Notes: generated from the letters alone by a model not told the origin. DNA of 59,495 bases from an uncultured virus (IMG/VR IMGVR_UViG_3300024327_000658) (IMGVR_UViG_3300024327_000658), one strand, 5' to 3'; positions 47,925 through 58,356 are shown, numbered from the stretch's first letter. Program-made: numbers and translations.

Positions 47925-48956
47925 TTAAAAAAATAAATCTATATATTCTTCCATTTTTTCAGGAGGATTGTTAGTTAAAATTTTTTGTTTTATGATTTTA
48001 AAATTCTTTTCAGAATACGAATTTGAAGATAAAAATTTACTCAATGATCCTTTAAGAAATTCATCAAACTCTCTATTGTGTTTTAAAATAAAAGATTTAA
48101 TATGATTAGGTAAATATGAAATATTTAACCAAGCAGGCTCATTTAAAAAATCCCATGACCAATTACGCATTTCTACTTTTGACCAATTGTATGTTTCTTG
48201 ATAAAAAGGAGCATTCAAGGTATGCATAACAAAATGAGGTATTATAAAAACTTTAGGCCTTTTATCTAAATGCCAATTATACCACTTATTCCAATTTTTT
48301 TCAAACTTGCTCCATTTGGTACCATATCTAACAAATTCTGCTATTTCTCCTATTCCATCAATGCTTATGTTGAGGTCTACGTGTTTAAAATCTAAAAGAA
48401 GATTTAAAAGTTCAGTATTGGGGAAAATAGAATTATTTGTAACCAACATCAAATTTATATTTTTTCTTGGGACATTTTTTAATAATTCAAAATTTCTTTT
48501 TTCTAAAAAGGGCTCGCCCCCAAGTAATTTTAAATGAATCAAATCATTAAAATTAGTAAACTCTGGTAAATTATTTTTTAAAATTGGACCAAATTGATTC
48601 GAAAATCTAGGACCACAATCAATACATTTAAAATTACACTTATTGGATAATGAAACTTCTAACGTTTTAAATACTGGATTTTTGATATATTTTTTATCAA
48701 ATTGAGCATTAAATTGATCTCTATATGATCTCCAAGATTTTCCTCCATGAGCTTCGTCTATATCACACTTTTCACACTCGGGCAGTTTTTCTCCACTTAA
48801 CATCCTTTTTCGTATTTTTTGATTTTCTTCACTGTCAAAGGCGTCTTTAATATCATTATATTTTTTGTCAAATGGCTTATCAAACATACAACATGTTCTA
48901 TATTGACCATCGGGATTATGAACCATATGCACGAATGGGGCCATGCAAAATGTCAT
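47925..48956 (-). CDS. Radical SAM protein, type A
   Basis: FCMAPF, RTCC, ECEKC; CNFKCIDC; LGGEPF; TN; ISIDG. Confidence 0.93.
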   Translation of the reverse strand: MTFCMAPFVHMVHNPDGQYRTCCMFDKPFDKKYNDIKDAFDSEENQKIRKRMLSGEKLPECEKCDIDEAHGGKSWRSYRDQFNAQFDKKYIKNPVFKTLEVSLSNKCNFKCIDCGPRFSNQFGPILKNNLPEFTNFNDLIHLKLLGGEPFLEKRNFELLKNVPRKNINLMLVTNNSIFPNTELLNLLLDFKHVDLNISIDGIGEIAEFVRYGTKWSKFEKNWNKWYNWHLDKRPKVFIIPHFVMHTLNAPFYQETYNWSKVEMRNWSWDFLNEPAWLNISYLPNHIKSFILKHNREFDEFLKGSLSKFLSSNSYSEKNFKIIKQKILTNNPPEKMEEYIDLFF

Positions 48957-49918
48957 TTTATAACCTTTCTTTTAGCAAAATCCCCACATGACAAATAACA
49001 TCTAGCCAAATGTAAAGGATGACTTTTATTCCAGGAATCAATTAAAATTTTATCATACCATTCTGATTGGATTATATCATAAAATTTCGATGTCCTTAAG
49101 TCATTTTTCAATCCAATAGTAGTTAATATATCAGTTTTTCCTGAAACCTGCTCATCATGTAAATGACAACACGGCCACACTCTTCCTTCTGAAGTTATGA
49201 ACAATTCATTTTCTATTTGATGTCTACATACAATATTCGCCGCATCATATACTCCCTGCCTTGCTCGGTTTTCTACTGTCTCATATACGTCACTATCAAT
49301 CTTTAATGATTCGCTCGATTTAAATTTTGCGGAATTGGCAGTATTTCTCCAACTAACTCTTATTTTTAATTCTACACCTAACTCTTCTGCTTTCTTTTTT
49401 GCTAATGGAATTTCATCTGCATTATAATCAAAATGAATATACTGCCATATTGCTTTACCACCAGCATCATAATACGTGTGAAAATTTTCCCAAACTTTAT
49501 CTATTGAAACATTTTCCCTATAATCATTTTTGGTAACACCATCTATTGACCAATGCACAAATAATTTTTTATTACTCAATTTCGATAATGTTGCTAACTC
49601 GGTCCAAAATTTTTTAGATCTAGTTCCCCCATTTGTCGATATTTCAATACTTTTAACTTTTTTTTCTAAAATAAGATATGAACAAATATCAATACAATCA
49701 GGATTTATGATAGGATCACCTAACACACCGCATAATTTTATTCTTGCATTTTTTAAATTTACACCATCAAACCAATCACATAACTCAGCTATCGTTATAT
49801 TACCCTTATGATAATATGCACCTCTATTATCCAGCATCGTTCTTTGACACCCAGAACAAAGAGCATTACATAGAGAACTAATCTCCAATTCTAATCTAAA
49901 CGGTTTCTGTAGGTCCAT
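48953..49918 (-). CDS. Radical SAM protein, type B
   Basis: LEISSLCNALCSGC, CGVLGDP, STNGG, WSIDG, WPCC, CYLSC. Confidence 0.92.
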   Translation of the reverse strand: MDLQKPFRLELEISSLCNALCSGCQRTMLDNRGAYYHKGNITIAELCDWFDGVNLKNARIKLCGVLGDPIINPDCIDICSYLILEKKVKSIEISTNGGTRSKKFWTELATLSKLSNKKLFVHWSIDGVTKNDYRENVSIDKVWENFHTYYDAGGKAIWQYIHFDYNADEIPLAKKKAEELGVELKIRVSWRNTANSAKFKSSESLKIDSDVYETVENRARQGVYDAANIVCRHQIENELFITSEGRVWPCCHLHDEQVSGKTDILTTIGLKNDLRTSKFYDIIQSEWYDKILIDSWNKSHPLHLARCYLSCGDFAKRKVIK

Positions 49919-51056
49919 CTAATTCCATAAAAATTCTTTTAGTTGTTATGTCAGTAATCCAATCACTCGTTTTTTGAGAAACATTTTCATAAGTTAATTC
50001 ATCTATTGTGTGTTTATTAAATAAATCATCAATAGATGTTTTAGATTTTGTTACACACATCCCACAGCCACAAAAAGTTTTCGGGCAAGTAATCATTGGA
50101 ACTTTCTTTTGGTATAAACTATCAGCAAGATCATCTATAATTTTATCAAATTGAGAAATTTTACCAAGAGGAGCTACTTCTCCCAGTAAATTAACTCCAC
50201 ACGTTTGATGAGTATAAACAACATCAGCCTCCGAATTTAAAAAAAGAAAATACCAATTAACCATGCACTTCCAGCCTAAAAAATTAGTGGACGGAAGAAA
50301 AAAAGAATCTGCATCGTTTGCTTTGAAACTCCTTCCACCACAACAGGGTCTTCCAAGTCCCCGTTGGGTGTTTCCTGTTTCAGTGACGCTTTGGCCTTTA
50401 TATTTCCAATAATCACGAAACCATTTCATTTGATTTCTATCGTACTTATGAGTATACCCCAATTCAATAGATTTTTTATCATCAGGATGATCGTCTCCTA
50501 TAATTCTTGGTACAAAATCTACACTATTTTTTTCTAATGTTTCACACACATCTACACATTCCCAAAAATAATCTTTATGAAACATCACATTAACTTTATA
50601 CGTCTGTCTTAATTGTATTGCATTTGATACGACTTGTTCTTTTTGCTGTTTTGTTGCTTCACAATGATAAGACAACGACCCCCCGGTAGTCAATGATAAA
50701 ATTTTATCTAGAACAGTATTACTAAACCACCCATTAGTGGTTAATCCTCTACTAAAATCGGGATATTCATTTTTTACATATTTTAAAAATTTAAAAAAAT
50801 CAGAATGCACTGTGGGCTCGCCTCCAGTAAAACTCAATTTTTTAAGAGCGGGCTTCTTTCTAAACCGGTCATACAATAATGCATATTCTGCAACATTATC
50901 AACAGTTTTGCATAATTTATCATAATCTAAAAGCGGAGACCATTTATTATTTCGATGCGGGGGGCAATATGTACACGCATAAGAACATCTTCTACCTAAA
51001 TCCCAAATAATTTGATACCGATTTGATTTATCCTCTATAGTTTCTATACTATTCAT
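49896..51056 (-). CDS. Radical SAM protein, type C (Cys-rich C-terminus)
   Basis: WDLGRRCSYACTYC, TGGEPT, TTNG, LSYH; C-terminal CPKTFCGCGMC. Confidence 0.92.
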   Translation of the reverse strand: MNSIETIEDKSNRYQIIWDLGRRCSYACTYCPPHRNNKWSPLLDYDKLCKTVDNVAEYALLYDRFRKKPALKKLSFTGGEPTVHSDFFKFLKYVKNEYPDFSRGLTTNGWFSNTVLDKILSLTTGGSLSYHCEATKQQKEQVVSNAIQLRQTYKVNVMFHKDYFWECVDVCETLEKNSVDFVPRIIGDDHPDDKKSIELGYTHKYDRNQMKWFRDYWKYKGQSVTETGNTQRGLGRPCCGGRSFKANDADSFFLPSTNFLGWKCMVNWYFLFLNSEADVVYTHQTCGVNLLGEVAPLGKISQFDKIIDDLADSLYQKKVPMITCPKTFCGCGMCVTKSKTSIDDLFNKHTIDELTYENVSQKTSDWITDITTKRIFMELDGPTETV

Positions 51057-52482
51057 ACCACTGCAACCATTCTAAATCAGGAAAAATTTTTATAAAATTT
51101 AAGTTTCTTTTGCTGGCAATCGTAAAACACCATTCAGCAGTTTCGGGCAATCTCTCAGACCAATCTTCAGAATTCATAAAAGACACAAGTCCTTCAAGTC
51201 TTTTTATACCATACGGCAATTCTCTCCATTGTTTAAAGTCAATATTTTCATCTTTAACTCCATTACATTTTTTCCAATTTTCTTCAAGCCACGGATAAAA
51301 TTCTTCAAATTTATCAGATATTTCTTGTTTAAACCATTTAGGTAATACTTTACAATTTAATTGGGGGGGCCAATACGCAAGATGTAAATCAATCATACCC
51401 GCTCCAGCAGGAAATTTATTAAGCAATTTCCAATCTTCGTTCAATTTCCAAATTATAAATTCCGGAAGATAAAAAATATTAAGAGCAGTAATTGTAGTTG
51501 CTGTAGTCAGTCTAAGATTACCATGAGGATAATTGTCTAATACACGCATTTGAGATGTAATATCATTCCAACGAGAAGGATAACGAATAAAATGATTTTT
51601 ATCCTCGTATGAATCAACGCTAAAATGAAAAATTACATTCTTAAACTCTTTCCACAAATCAAACAAACACGATTCCCATTCCAGACCATTCGAATTATAT
51701 CTAAGTTCAATATCTTTTGCATACCCCATATCAACAATTTTTTCAAGCACCATATAATGCTCTTTCATGATTAATGCTTCACCACCCGCCCAATATAACT
51801 GTTTAAGTGTTGGAACTTGAGTATAGAATTCTGTCCAAAAAGTTGGATTCGATTTATGCCAAGCATATGATCCCCCAGACCAAGCCAGCTTACCGGATTC
51901 TTTTTCCCATAATTGCGAAGTTTTTAATCTAGGATTTTTTATATTTGGATATATTTCTTTATATTCCTTTACCCATTTAGAAGAATCATGAGGACTACAC
52001 ATAACACAGGCAAGTTGACATTTGCTACCAAGCCGAAGATCAATATATCGCACTTTAGGAGGAACAGTTCCTTCTTCTGTGGTTTCACCAATAATTTCTT
52101 CAAGCCCGATTTCATTAACCCATTTCGCAGTTTCCCATTGTCGTTTCGACCTATGACCAGCATCTTCTTCTTTAAAACATTTTAAGCAAGAGGATGGACG
52201 TTCTCCTCTAAGCATCATTTTTCGCACGGTCTTCATGTATTCATTGTTCCATGCATCTAACAAGCTCGTTGTTGCTAAATTAGCAGGCTTCCCATCATCT
52301 CTTTTAAGAACACCCGCTTCCGAAACTGTTTTATTTGTTGAATCTTTATCCTGAACCGAAGAAGCATTTGCAGTACAGCATACACGCATATGACCGTTTG
52401 GTCTAGTGGAAATATGCATCCAGGGCAATGCACAAAAAGTTTTTGATGGCAAATTTTTAGGATCGTTATCAATCACAAACAT
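51049..52482 (-). CDS. Radical SAM protein, type A
   Basis: FCALPW, RVCC, SCLKC; CQLACVMCSPHDSSKW; AGGE; YNSNG; FSVD; IRYPS.W. Confidence 0.94.
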   Translation of the reverse strand: MFVIDNDPKNLPSKTFCALPWMHISTRPNGHMRVCCTANASSVQDKDSTNKTVSEAGVLKRDDGKPANLATTSLLDAWNNEYMKTVRKMMLRGERPSSCLKCFKEEDAGHRSKRQWETAKWVNEIGLEEIIGETTEEGTVPPKVRYIDLRLGSKCQLACVMCSPHDSSKWVKEYKEIYPNIKNPRLKTSQLWEKESGKLAWSGGSYAWHKSNPTFWTEFYTQVPTLKQLYWAGGEALIMKEHYMVLEKIVDMGYAKDIELRYNSNGLEWESCLFDLWKEFKNVIFHFSVDSYEDKNHFIRYPSRWNDITSQMRVLDNYPHGNLRLTTATTITALNIFYLPEFIIWKLNEDWKLLNKFPAGAGMIDLHLAYWPPQLNCKVLPKWFKQEISDKFEEFYPWLEENWKKCNGVKDENIDFKQWRELPYGIKRLEGLVSFMNSEDWSERLPETAEWCFTIASKRNLNFIKIFPDLEWLQWYE

Positions 52483-52496
52483 GTTATAATTAAATA

Positions 52497-53114
52497 TTAA
52501 ATATAGTTAACCGATATATTTTTATTAAAAGAAGGAATCATATCATGAGTAATATGATGTTGACGGCGATTTAATGTTTCATCTTTAATTCCGACACCCA
52601 TAAGCACTATTGGCTCATCATCGGTTTTTAGAATACTTTTGATTTTTTCACCATCAAAACAAGCACAACAGCCCGTTTGATACCCCAATAAAGATGCAGT
52701 CAAATTAACCATACCAGCGGCAACACCTATAGACTGATGCAAATCTTTATCTAATGTGGCTTGATTTGCTTCTGTATCTTTCCCATGCATTTTATTATAA
52801 GTTTCTTGATTGGCATCGGTTCTTAAGTCATTTTTTGTAAATGCTAAAAGCAAATTTGCTAATACTTGAGGATTAGTTCTTCCCGAACCCTCGCCATAAT
52901 CATTTTCAAAAAAAGTAACATCATGTATATCTTCAATTATTTCTCTATTTTGAATCACATGAACATTATAAAAACATATGTTTTGTTTAGAAGGACATTC
53001 CGTTGCGGCAATTACTATTGTTTTTAAATCAGCCTCTGGAATAGTTTTCTCAAGATTCCAATTTCTTTGACATCTTTGCGATTTTTTAATCGAAACTTCT
53101 ATTTGGTTATTCAT
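52497..53114 (-). CDS. Nitroreductase-family flavoprotein
   Basis: SQRCQRNW, A..CPSKQN, IGVAAG...LTA.LLGY.TGCC, LMGVG. Confidence 0.82.
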   Translation of the reverse strand: MNNQIEVSIKKSQRCQRNWNLEKTIPEADLKTIVIAATECPSKQNICFYNVHVIQNREIIEDIHDVTFFENDYGEGSGRTNPQVLANLLLAFTKNDLRTDANQETYNKMHGKDTEANQATLDKDLHQSIGVAAGMVNLTASLLGYQTGCCACFDGEKIKSILKTDDEPIVLMGVGIKDETLNRRQHHITHDMIPSFNKNISVNYI

Positions 53115-53820
53115 ACTTTAAAATCTCCTGAAAAAGTAAATTCGTGGATGCCGGAATTTTTTTTCCGGTAAGATTATTTACACCTTCAACTATTTTTTTA
53201 GTATAATCGGGGTTCCACTCTTTACTATATATGTATTCTTTAAAATTTTCTATATTTATTGTTTTTTTAACTTCGGGGTGCAACGTTGCAATATCAAGAA
53301 ACCCTTGCTGAAATATTATTTCATGGGGATTCAAATCTAACATATTTATATTATTAATGTCAAACACATTAAGTATAGAAATATTAGTTTTCCATGACAC
53401 TTTATGAGATTTCCATTTTTCCAAATTATCATAATAAACTTTCCAATCAAATCCGACCCATGCCACAAATTCAGCAACATCTTTTACGCCATTACAGGCA
53501 ACAGAAATATCCCATTCTGGCTTTAAATAATTTGGATATTTGCAACCATTAGTATGAATTAATACCTTTGTATGGGGTTTTATATTAGAAAGAAACTCTT
53601 CTGTTCGCTTGTCTTGAAAAGGATCTCCTCCTGACAATTCTAAATATTCCAACGAATCAAAATCTATTTCATAATCCTTCAACATCTCTCTATAACCCAA
53701 AAACCTATTACTATATTCGGGTCCACAAATACGACATTTTAAATTACAAATATTACTAAGGCGGACTTTTAAAAATCGCTTATCAATTGGCGTATTTTTC
53801 CAGCTATATTCCTCAATCAT
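53107..53820 (-). CDS. Short radical SAM protein (type A core without N-terminal twitch)
   Basis: VRLSNICNLKCRICGP.YS, SGGDPF, HTNG. Confidence 0.88.
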   Translation of the reverse strand: MIEEYSWKNTPIDKRFLKVRLSNICNLKCRICGPEYSNRFLGYREMLKDYEIDFDSLEYLELSGGDPFQDKRTEEFLSNIKPHTKVLIHTNGCKYPNYLKPEWDISVACNGVKDVAEFVAWVGFDWKVYYDNLEKWKSHKVSWKTNISILNVFDINNINMLDLNPHEIIFQQGFLDIATLHPEVKKTINIENFKEYIYSKEWNPDYTKKIVEGVNNLTGKKIPASTNLLFQEILKYE

Positions 53821-54613
53821 AAATAAATTCTTGTGGAGGGTTATCTAAAAAACCAAAAGCCCACATTCTTTCTTCACACCACCAACATTTACCACAATGA
53901 AACGTATAATTTCCTGATTCATAATCAGACCCCTCACAGCTTCTAGTGATCGGGAAAAGACTATATGTCAAATTATACTTATCATATAATTTTTTTATAT
54001 CTTTTTTATTAATTTTAAAAAATGGATTTATATAATGAGCAAACCCACTCCATGATTCCAATGGCCTATCAGCAGATTCGTCTCTAACGTGTTCTTTATT
54101 TCTAGAAATTGTTTTGTCGTTTTTTGGGGGATTGCTTGTTATACCACTATATAATATATCAATATCTCCAGAACCAAAATTATCCATATCTCTCTCTTTA
54201 AATTCTTTTATTTCTCTCTGATATGGATCATTTATATCGGGATAATATACAATATGATCATTCATTTTAAAATCCAATGCTTCTTCAATAAAATCTATAA
54301 CATATCCAGCATATATCGGATTCCAACCCCTACCTCTCCTCACGGATAATGGTTGAAATTTTATATCAAGATTTTCATCTTTTATTTTTTTACATAACAT
54401 ATATGCAAGAATTGAGCTGTCTGCACCCCCGGACATCCATTGTCCTATAGTTTTTGTAGTTTTTATGTCAAATTTTTCTTTGACATGATCTATTAAATGA
54501 TTATTATTCTCTATCTCGTCAACATCATCAAAATATCCTATTTCAGTTAATTTTTTCATAACCGAAGAAGTATAACGCTTAACCGTTTTAGGTATTGATA
54601 GTTCAATGTTCAT
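53813..54613 (-). CDS. PP-loop ATPase, QueC-like superfamily
   Basis: MSGGADS P-loop, PF....K..I, TRSC...HCGKCWWCEER metal-binding motif. Confidence 0.8.
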   Translation of the reverse strand: MNIELSIPKTVKRYTSSVMKKLTEIGYFDDVDEIENNNHLIDHVKEKFDIKTTKTIGQWMSGGADSSILAYMLCKKIKDENLDIKFQPLSVRRGRGWNPIYAGYVIDFIEEALDFKMNDHIVYYPDINDPYQREIKEFKERDMDNFGSGDIDILYSGITSNPPKNDKTISRNKEHVRDESADRPLESWSGFAHYINPFFKINKKDIKKLYDKYNLTYSLFPITRSCEGSDYESGNYTFHCGKCWWCEERMWAFGFLDNPPQEFIYD

Positions 54614-55652
54614 TTATTATGTTCCAAATTTCAGGATTTACATCTTTGAAGTTTATTCCTTGATGCTTATCACATGTTAATAAAAAATCTTTTATTTTTT
54701 TATATTCTAAATCAACTGCAACATTGCTATAAATTATATTATTAAAATCATTATTTTCAGTTAATTCTGTTATTCCCCAGTTTTTTCTATGCTCTAACGA
54801 GACTTGTTCAAGTCGTAAAAAATTTGGATTAAATAAAGGATTCATTCTACTTCGACCTCCATGATATTCATCTCCCCCCGCAAAATCATAAACTTCATTC
54901 ATTTTATTCACGTTTAGAACTGATATTGTAGAATATATATGCACACAATTCCAATAAGAAATGTGTTTCTTAATATTTGCTTCAACATCATTCCAATTTG
55001 TACCAAATCGAATACATTCTGCTAGTGGACCAACAGCATCGATACTCACATCAACATGTACATCTGAAAATTTATCTAATTCCGTTAAAATCTTTTTATC
55101 AGGAAAAATACTTCCATTAGTATTAAATAAAATTTTTAACTTTTTTGGCAATTTACGTAAAAACCCCAATAGTCGTTTTGAAAAAAATGGCTCTCCACCC
55201 ACAATTCTAACTTCTTTTAATTCGCTTAAATCACTATAATTTAAAAATTTTTCTTGAGCAGGTCCAAATGTTTTTCTATTTTTATCTTTATAGTAATGGT
55301 CTTTATCAAATCTAGACCAATCTTCATCCACAAAATCCCATTTAGAAGACAGTGCTGGTCTACAAATTCTACACATAAAATTACAAGTAAAATCAAGGGA
55401 TATTTGCATTCCGTTTTTTATAGCGGTTTGTCTCATAGATTCATGTCCCTTTTTTTCATTAACTTCACATATCGAACATTCTGGAATCCATCCTTTTTTA
55501 AGTCGTTCTCTCGCATCAACCCATTCACTTTCGACATCACCAGTATAAATATTTGATTTCCATCCATGTGAAGCATCAAAAAGACAGCATGGTGTTACTC
55601 TACCATCCGGCGAACATATATCGATGTGTCCATCTAATCTATTACATTTCAT
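54603..55652 (-). CDS. Radical SAM protein, type A
   Basis: C..., TPCC, ECSIC; CNFMCRIC.P.LSSKW; VGGEPF; NTNG; VSIDA. Confidence 0.92.
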   Translation of the reverse strand: MKCNRLDGHIDICSPDGRVTPCCLFDASHGWKSNIYTGDVESEWVDARERLKKGWIPECSICEVNEKKGHESMRQTAIKNGMQISLDFTCNFMCRICRPALSSKWDFVDEDWSRFDKDHYYKDKNRKTFGPAQEKFLNYSDLSELKEVRIVGGEPFFSKRLLGFLRKLPKKLKILFNTNGSIFPDKKILTELDKFSDVHVDVSIDAVGPLAECIRFGTNWNDVEANIKKHISYWNCVHIYSTISVLNVNKMNEVYDFAGGDEYHGGRSRMNPLFNPNFLRLEQVSLEHRKNWGITELTENNDFNNIIYSNVAVDLEYKKIKDFLLTCDKHQGINFKDVNPEIWNIINEH

Positions 55653-56395
55653 AAAAAATTTGATTTGAATTGTGATGGGTTTGGAACTATTTTATTAATA
55701 AAAAAATTCATTATTTGATCGGCTAATATTACATGATTTTCAAAAGATAAATGATTATTTCTTGTATCGTTTTCAAAAAAAATTACATCATTATTTTCGA
55801 CTTTTCTTTTTTCACAATAAGAAATTAAATTTAAGCACCTAGAAACTATATGCACATTATTCGGAACTTCTAATGTATAATTATAATTTCGAAAAGGATA
55901 ACCATTACCCGACGACGGCCATATTAGAATTTTTTTATATTTTTTATGTTTTGTAAAAATAAAACTTACAAACAACACCTCTAAAATTCTATGCAATCCC
56001 GTTGAATAAAAAGACTCATAATCTTTAAAAATTTTATTTGATTGATCTGCTATTTCATCATCTATCATTTCAGGTAAATCAAAACTTTTTTTATTCATCA
56101 CACTATAAATCATACTAGCATCTGACATCTTTTCTTCAGATAAATATTCTAACCATAATCGATTCATATCAGGTAAACAGATCAACAAAAAATCGCTGAA
56201 TTTTGTAAATCCCATAAATTTTTCTAAACACCATTGGGCACCAACACCATGTAACGAGGTGTTCTTTACTTCAAAATTATATTTTTTTTCTAAAAGTTCC
56301 ATCCACGAATCTGAAACATCAACTTTTGATTTCGGGCACGAAAAACTATCACCTAAAATATCAATTGAATTCCCAATTGTCTTCATCGATTTCAT
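55649..56395 (-). CDS. SGNH/GDSL-like hydrolase or acyltransferase
   Basis: ILGDSF, N.SLHG.G, C-terminal DTRNNHLS.ENH.ILA; paralog of 39670-40497. Confidence 0.68.
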   Translation of the reverse strand: MKSMKTIGNSIDILGDSFSCPKSKVDVSDSWMELLEKKYNFEVKNTSLHGVGAQWCLEKFMGFTKFSDFLLICLPDMNRLWLEYLSEEKMSDASMIYSVMNKKSFDLPEMIDDEIADQSNKIFKDYESFYSTGLHRILEVLFVSFIFTKHKKYKKILIWPSSGNGYPFRNYNYTLEVPNNVHIVSRCLNLISYCEKRKVENNDVIFFENDTRNNHLSFENHVILADQIMNFFINKIVPNPSQFKSNFL

Positions 56396-57305
56396 TTCTT
56401 TTACATTTGATATTACAAATTTCCATTAATTTTAAATTTTTCCAAAGTTTTGAAAAAACTTCACTCTTAATAATTTCATCAAAATCACTATATTTTAAAT
56501 TATTTTCTAATAAATGATTAATCGTGTTTCCAAAAAAATTATAAAATTTTTGAATATAATAGGATGAACCCATCCAACAACAAGGCCAAACTGTTCCATT
56601 TACATCAATAAAAAATGATTTTTCCAATTCTTCATTGAAGTAAGTTGCTTTACATTTTATAAAATCATGTGATATATTTTTTTTCTTTACTTCCACGACT
56701 TCATGATTCTCTCTTTCAGAATATTTTTCATTAAAAGCATAAAACTTTTCAATTTTTGATATTTTTTTTGCTTGAGATAATTGATGCTTATTATGTTCAA
56801 ATATTATAAATTGCCAAATAGCTTTGCCCCCATGACGTATGAATGTTTTATAATTATCTTCTAATTTTGACCAATTTACATTTTTTCTATAAATATGATT
56901 CGTATCTGATAACCCATCAATACCAAATACAACAACTGTATTATATTTCGCTAAGGTTTTCCAAAATTTTTTTGTTTTTGTACCACCATTTGTCGCAATC
57001 CAAATTTCTACATTTGGATATTTAAAATTAACATATTCACATATTAACAACAAATCAGGATTTAAAGTCGGTTCATCAATGTTTCCACAAAAATGTATTT
57101 TTTGTAAATTCTTAAAGTCATGGTTAATCCATTTTTTAAAATCGGTTAAACTTATAAATTTATCATTCAATCGTCTAGAGTAGGGGTTTGTTAAGTCAAC
57201 AGAATATTCATGTCTTTCACAAGAAGGGCATTTTGCATTGCAAAAAGAAGTAAGTTCTATTTGCAATCTAGTTATATCATTTAATGAAATTGGCCACTTA
57301 GACAT
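56361..57305 (-). CDS. Radical SAM protein, type B
   Basis: IELTSFCNAKCPSC, CGNIDEP, ATNGG, FGIDG, WPCC, CNIKC. Confidence 0.93.
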   Translation of the reverse strand: MSKWPISLNDITRLQIELTSFCNAKCPSCERHEYSVDLTNPYSRRLNDKFISLTDFKKWINHDFKNLQKIHFCGNIDEPTLNPDLLLICEYVNFKYPNVEIWIATNGGTKTKKFWKTLAKYNTVVVFGIDGLSDTNHIYRKNVNWSKLEDNYKTFIRHGGKAIWQFIIFEHNKHQLSQAKKISKIEKFYAFNEKYSERENHEVVEVKKKNISHDFIKCKATYFNEELEKSFFIDVNGTVWPCCWMGSSYYIQKFYNFFGNTINHLLENNLKYSDFDEIIKSEVFSKLWKNLKLMEICNIKCKRNEIDEDNWEFN

Positions 57306-58356
57306 ATTCTTTTAATTTTCTATAAACAAACAATGCTTCTTCAGGTGCTTTTTGAAATGTTTCAAGATACTGTGTGTAAATTATAAATTGTCTGCAATAG
57401 TCAACATTATAATCACTAGTGTTTAATATATTTTGAATAAAGTCATCAGTTGGCAATTCTTTTTTAATTTCATCAGGTAAATATTCTGGACTTAAATACT
57501 TAGGAGAAAAACAATTTGTTTTCCTCATTTTAATATCCAATGATGTTAAATATTTTTCTGTATCATCAACATTAAATATATTATAATTAGTCATAACAAA
57601 ATTTGAACACACTCCACTTGTTAAATCCCCATAAGTATATTGTTTATGGTCTTTCAATAAATGCTTCCACCTCAAAGCATTTTTTTCCCAAATATCCATT
57701 TTCAAACCCAATCTAACCCACTCGCCAACAGGACCAATTCCATCAATACTCACCATGATCATAACTCTTTTCAATTTCTTAATAAAATTCGACCATGAAT
57801 TATGTACAAATTTTGTACAATTTGTATTCATCGAAAAAAACAATACATCATAATTTACATGTTGATCCAACATTTTAAAAAATTCAGGCGAAAATTCTCT
57901 TTGAATTGTAGGTTCACCGCCTGTAAAAGACAAGTGTTTTAATTTACTAAAATCTACATTATCATAATTAGGTTTTATTTTATCGATCTTACCTTCACGA
58001 TTTTCCCAAACAGTGCTTGATTCTGGTTTACATGTAACACAAGCAAAATTGCACTTATTACTAAAAGAAAGTTCCAAACCCTCAAGAAAAAAATCTTCAC
58101 GATATGAATGTTCTTGATTGATAACTTGTCTTTGCGAAAGTTCTCCTACCGAATCATAATAATAGCAAGATCCACATTCTTCAATATAATCTCTATTCAA
58201 CATGCGTTCACGTAGAAGATTCATTTCTTCTCCCATAAAAGCATCTATGACATTTGTATATCGTTTTCTAATAGGGGAATGATAGCAACATGTCCGATAA
58301 GTTCCATCAGGACCACCGGTCATTCTGCTAAATGGCGCCATGCAAAATGTGGTCAT
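57298..58356 (-). CDS. Radical SAM protein, type A
   Basis: FCMAPF, RTCC, ECGSC; CNFACVTC.P.SS..W; TGGEPT; VSIDG. Confidence 0.93.
   Translation of the reverse strand: MTTFCMAPFSRMTGGPDGTYRTCCYHSPIRKRYTNVIDAFMGEEMNLLRERMLNRDYIEECGSCYYYDSVGELSQRQVINQEHSYREDFFLEGLELSFSNKCNFACVTCKPESSTVWENREGKIDKIKPNYDNVDFSKLKHLSFTGGEPTIQREFSPEFFKMLDQHVNYDVLFFSMNTNCTKFVHNSWSNFIKKLKRVMIMVSIDGIGPVGEWVRLGLKMDIWEKNALRWKHLLKDHKQYTYGDLTSGVCSNFVMTNYNIFNVDDTEKYLTSLDIKMRKTNCFSPKYLSPEYLPDEIKKELPTDDFIQNILNTSDYNVDYCRQFIIYTQYLETFQKAPEEALFVYRKLKEYV

Noticed and set aside
53813..54613. 7-deazaguanine DNA modification pathway
   Set aside because: Only a divergent QueC-like fold is seen; queD, folE and dpdA are not in the window and none of the radical SAM proteins looks like QueE. 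It cannot be excluded for the rest of the genome.
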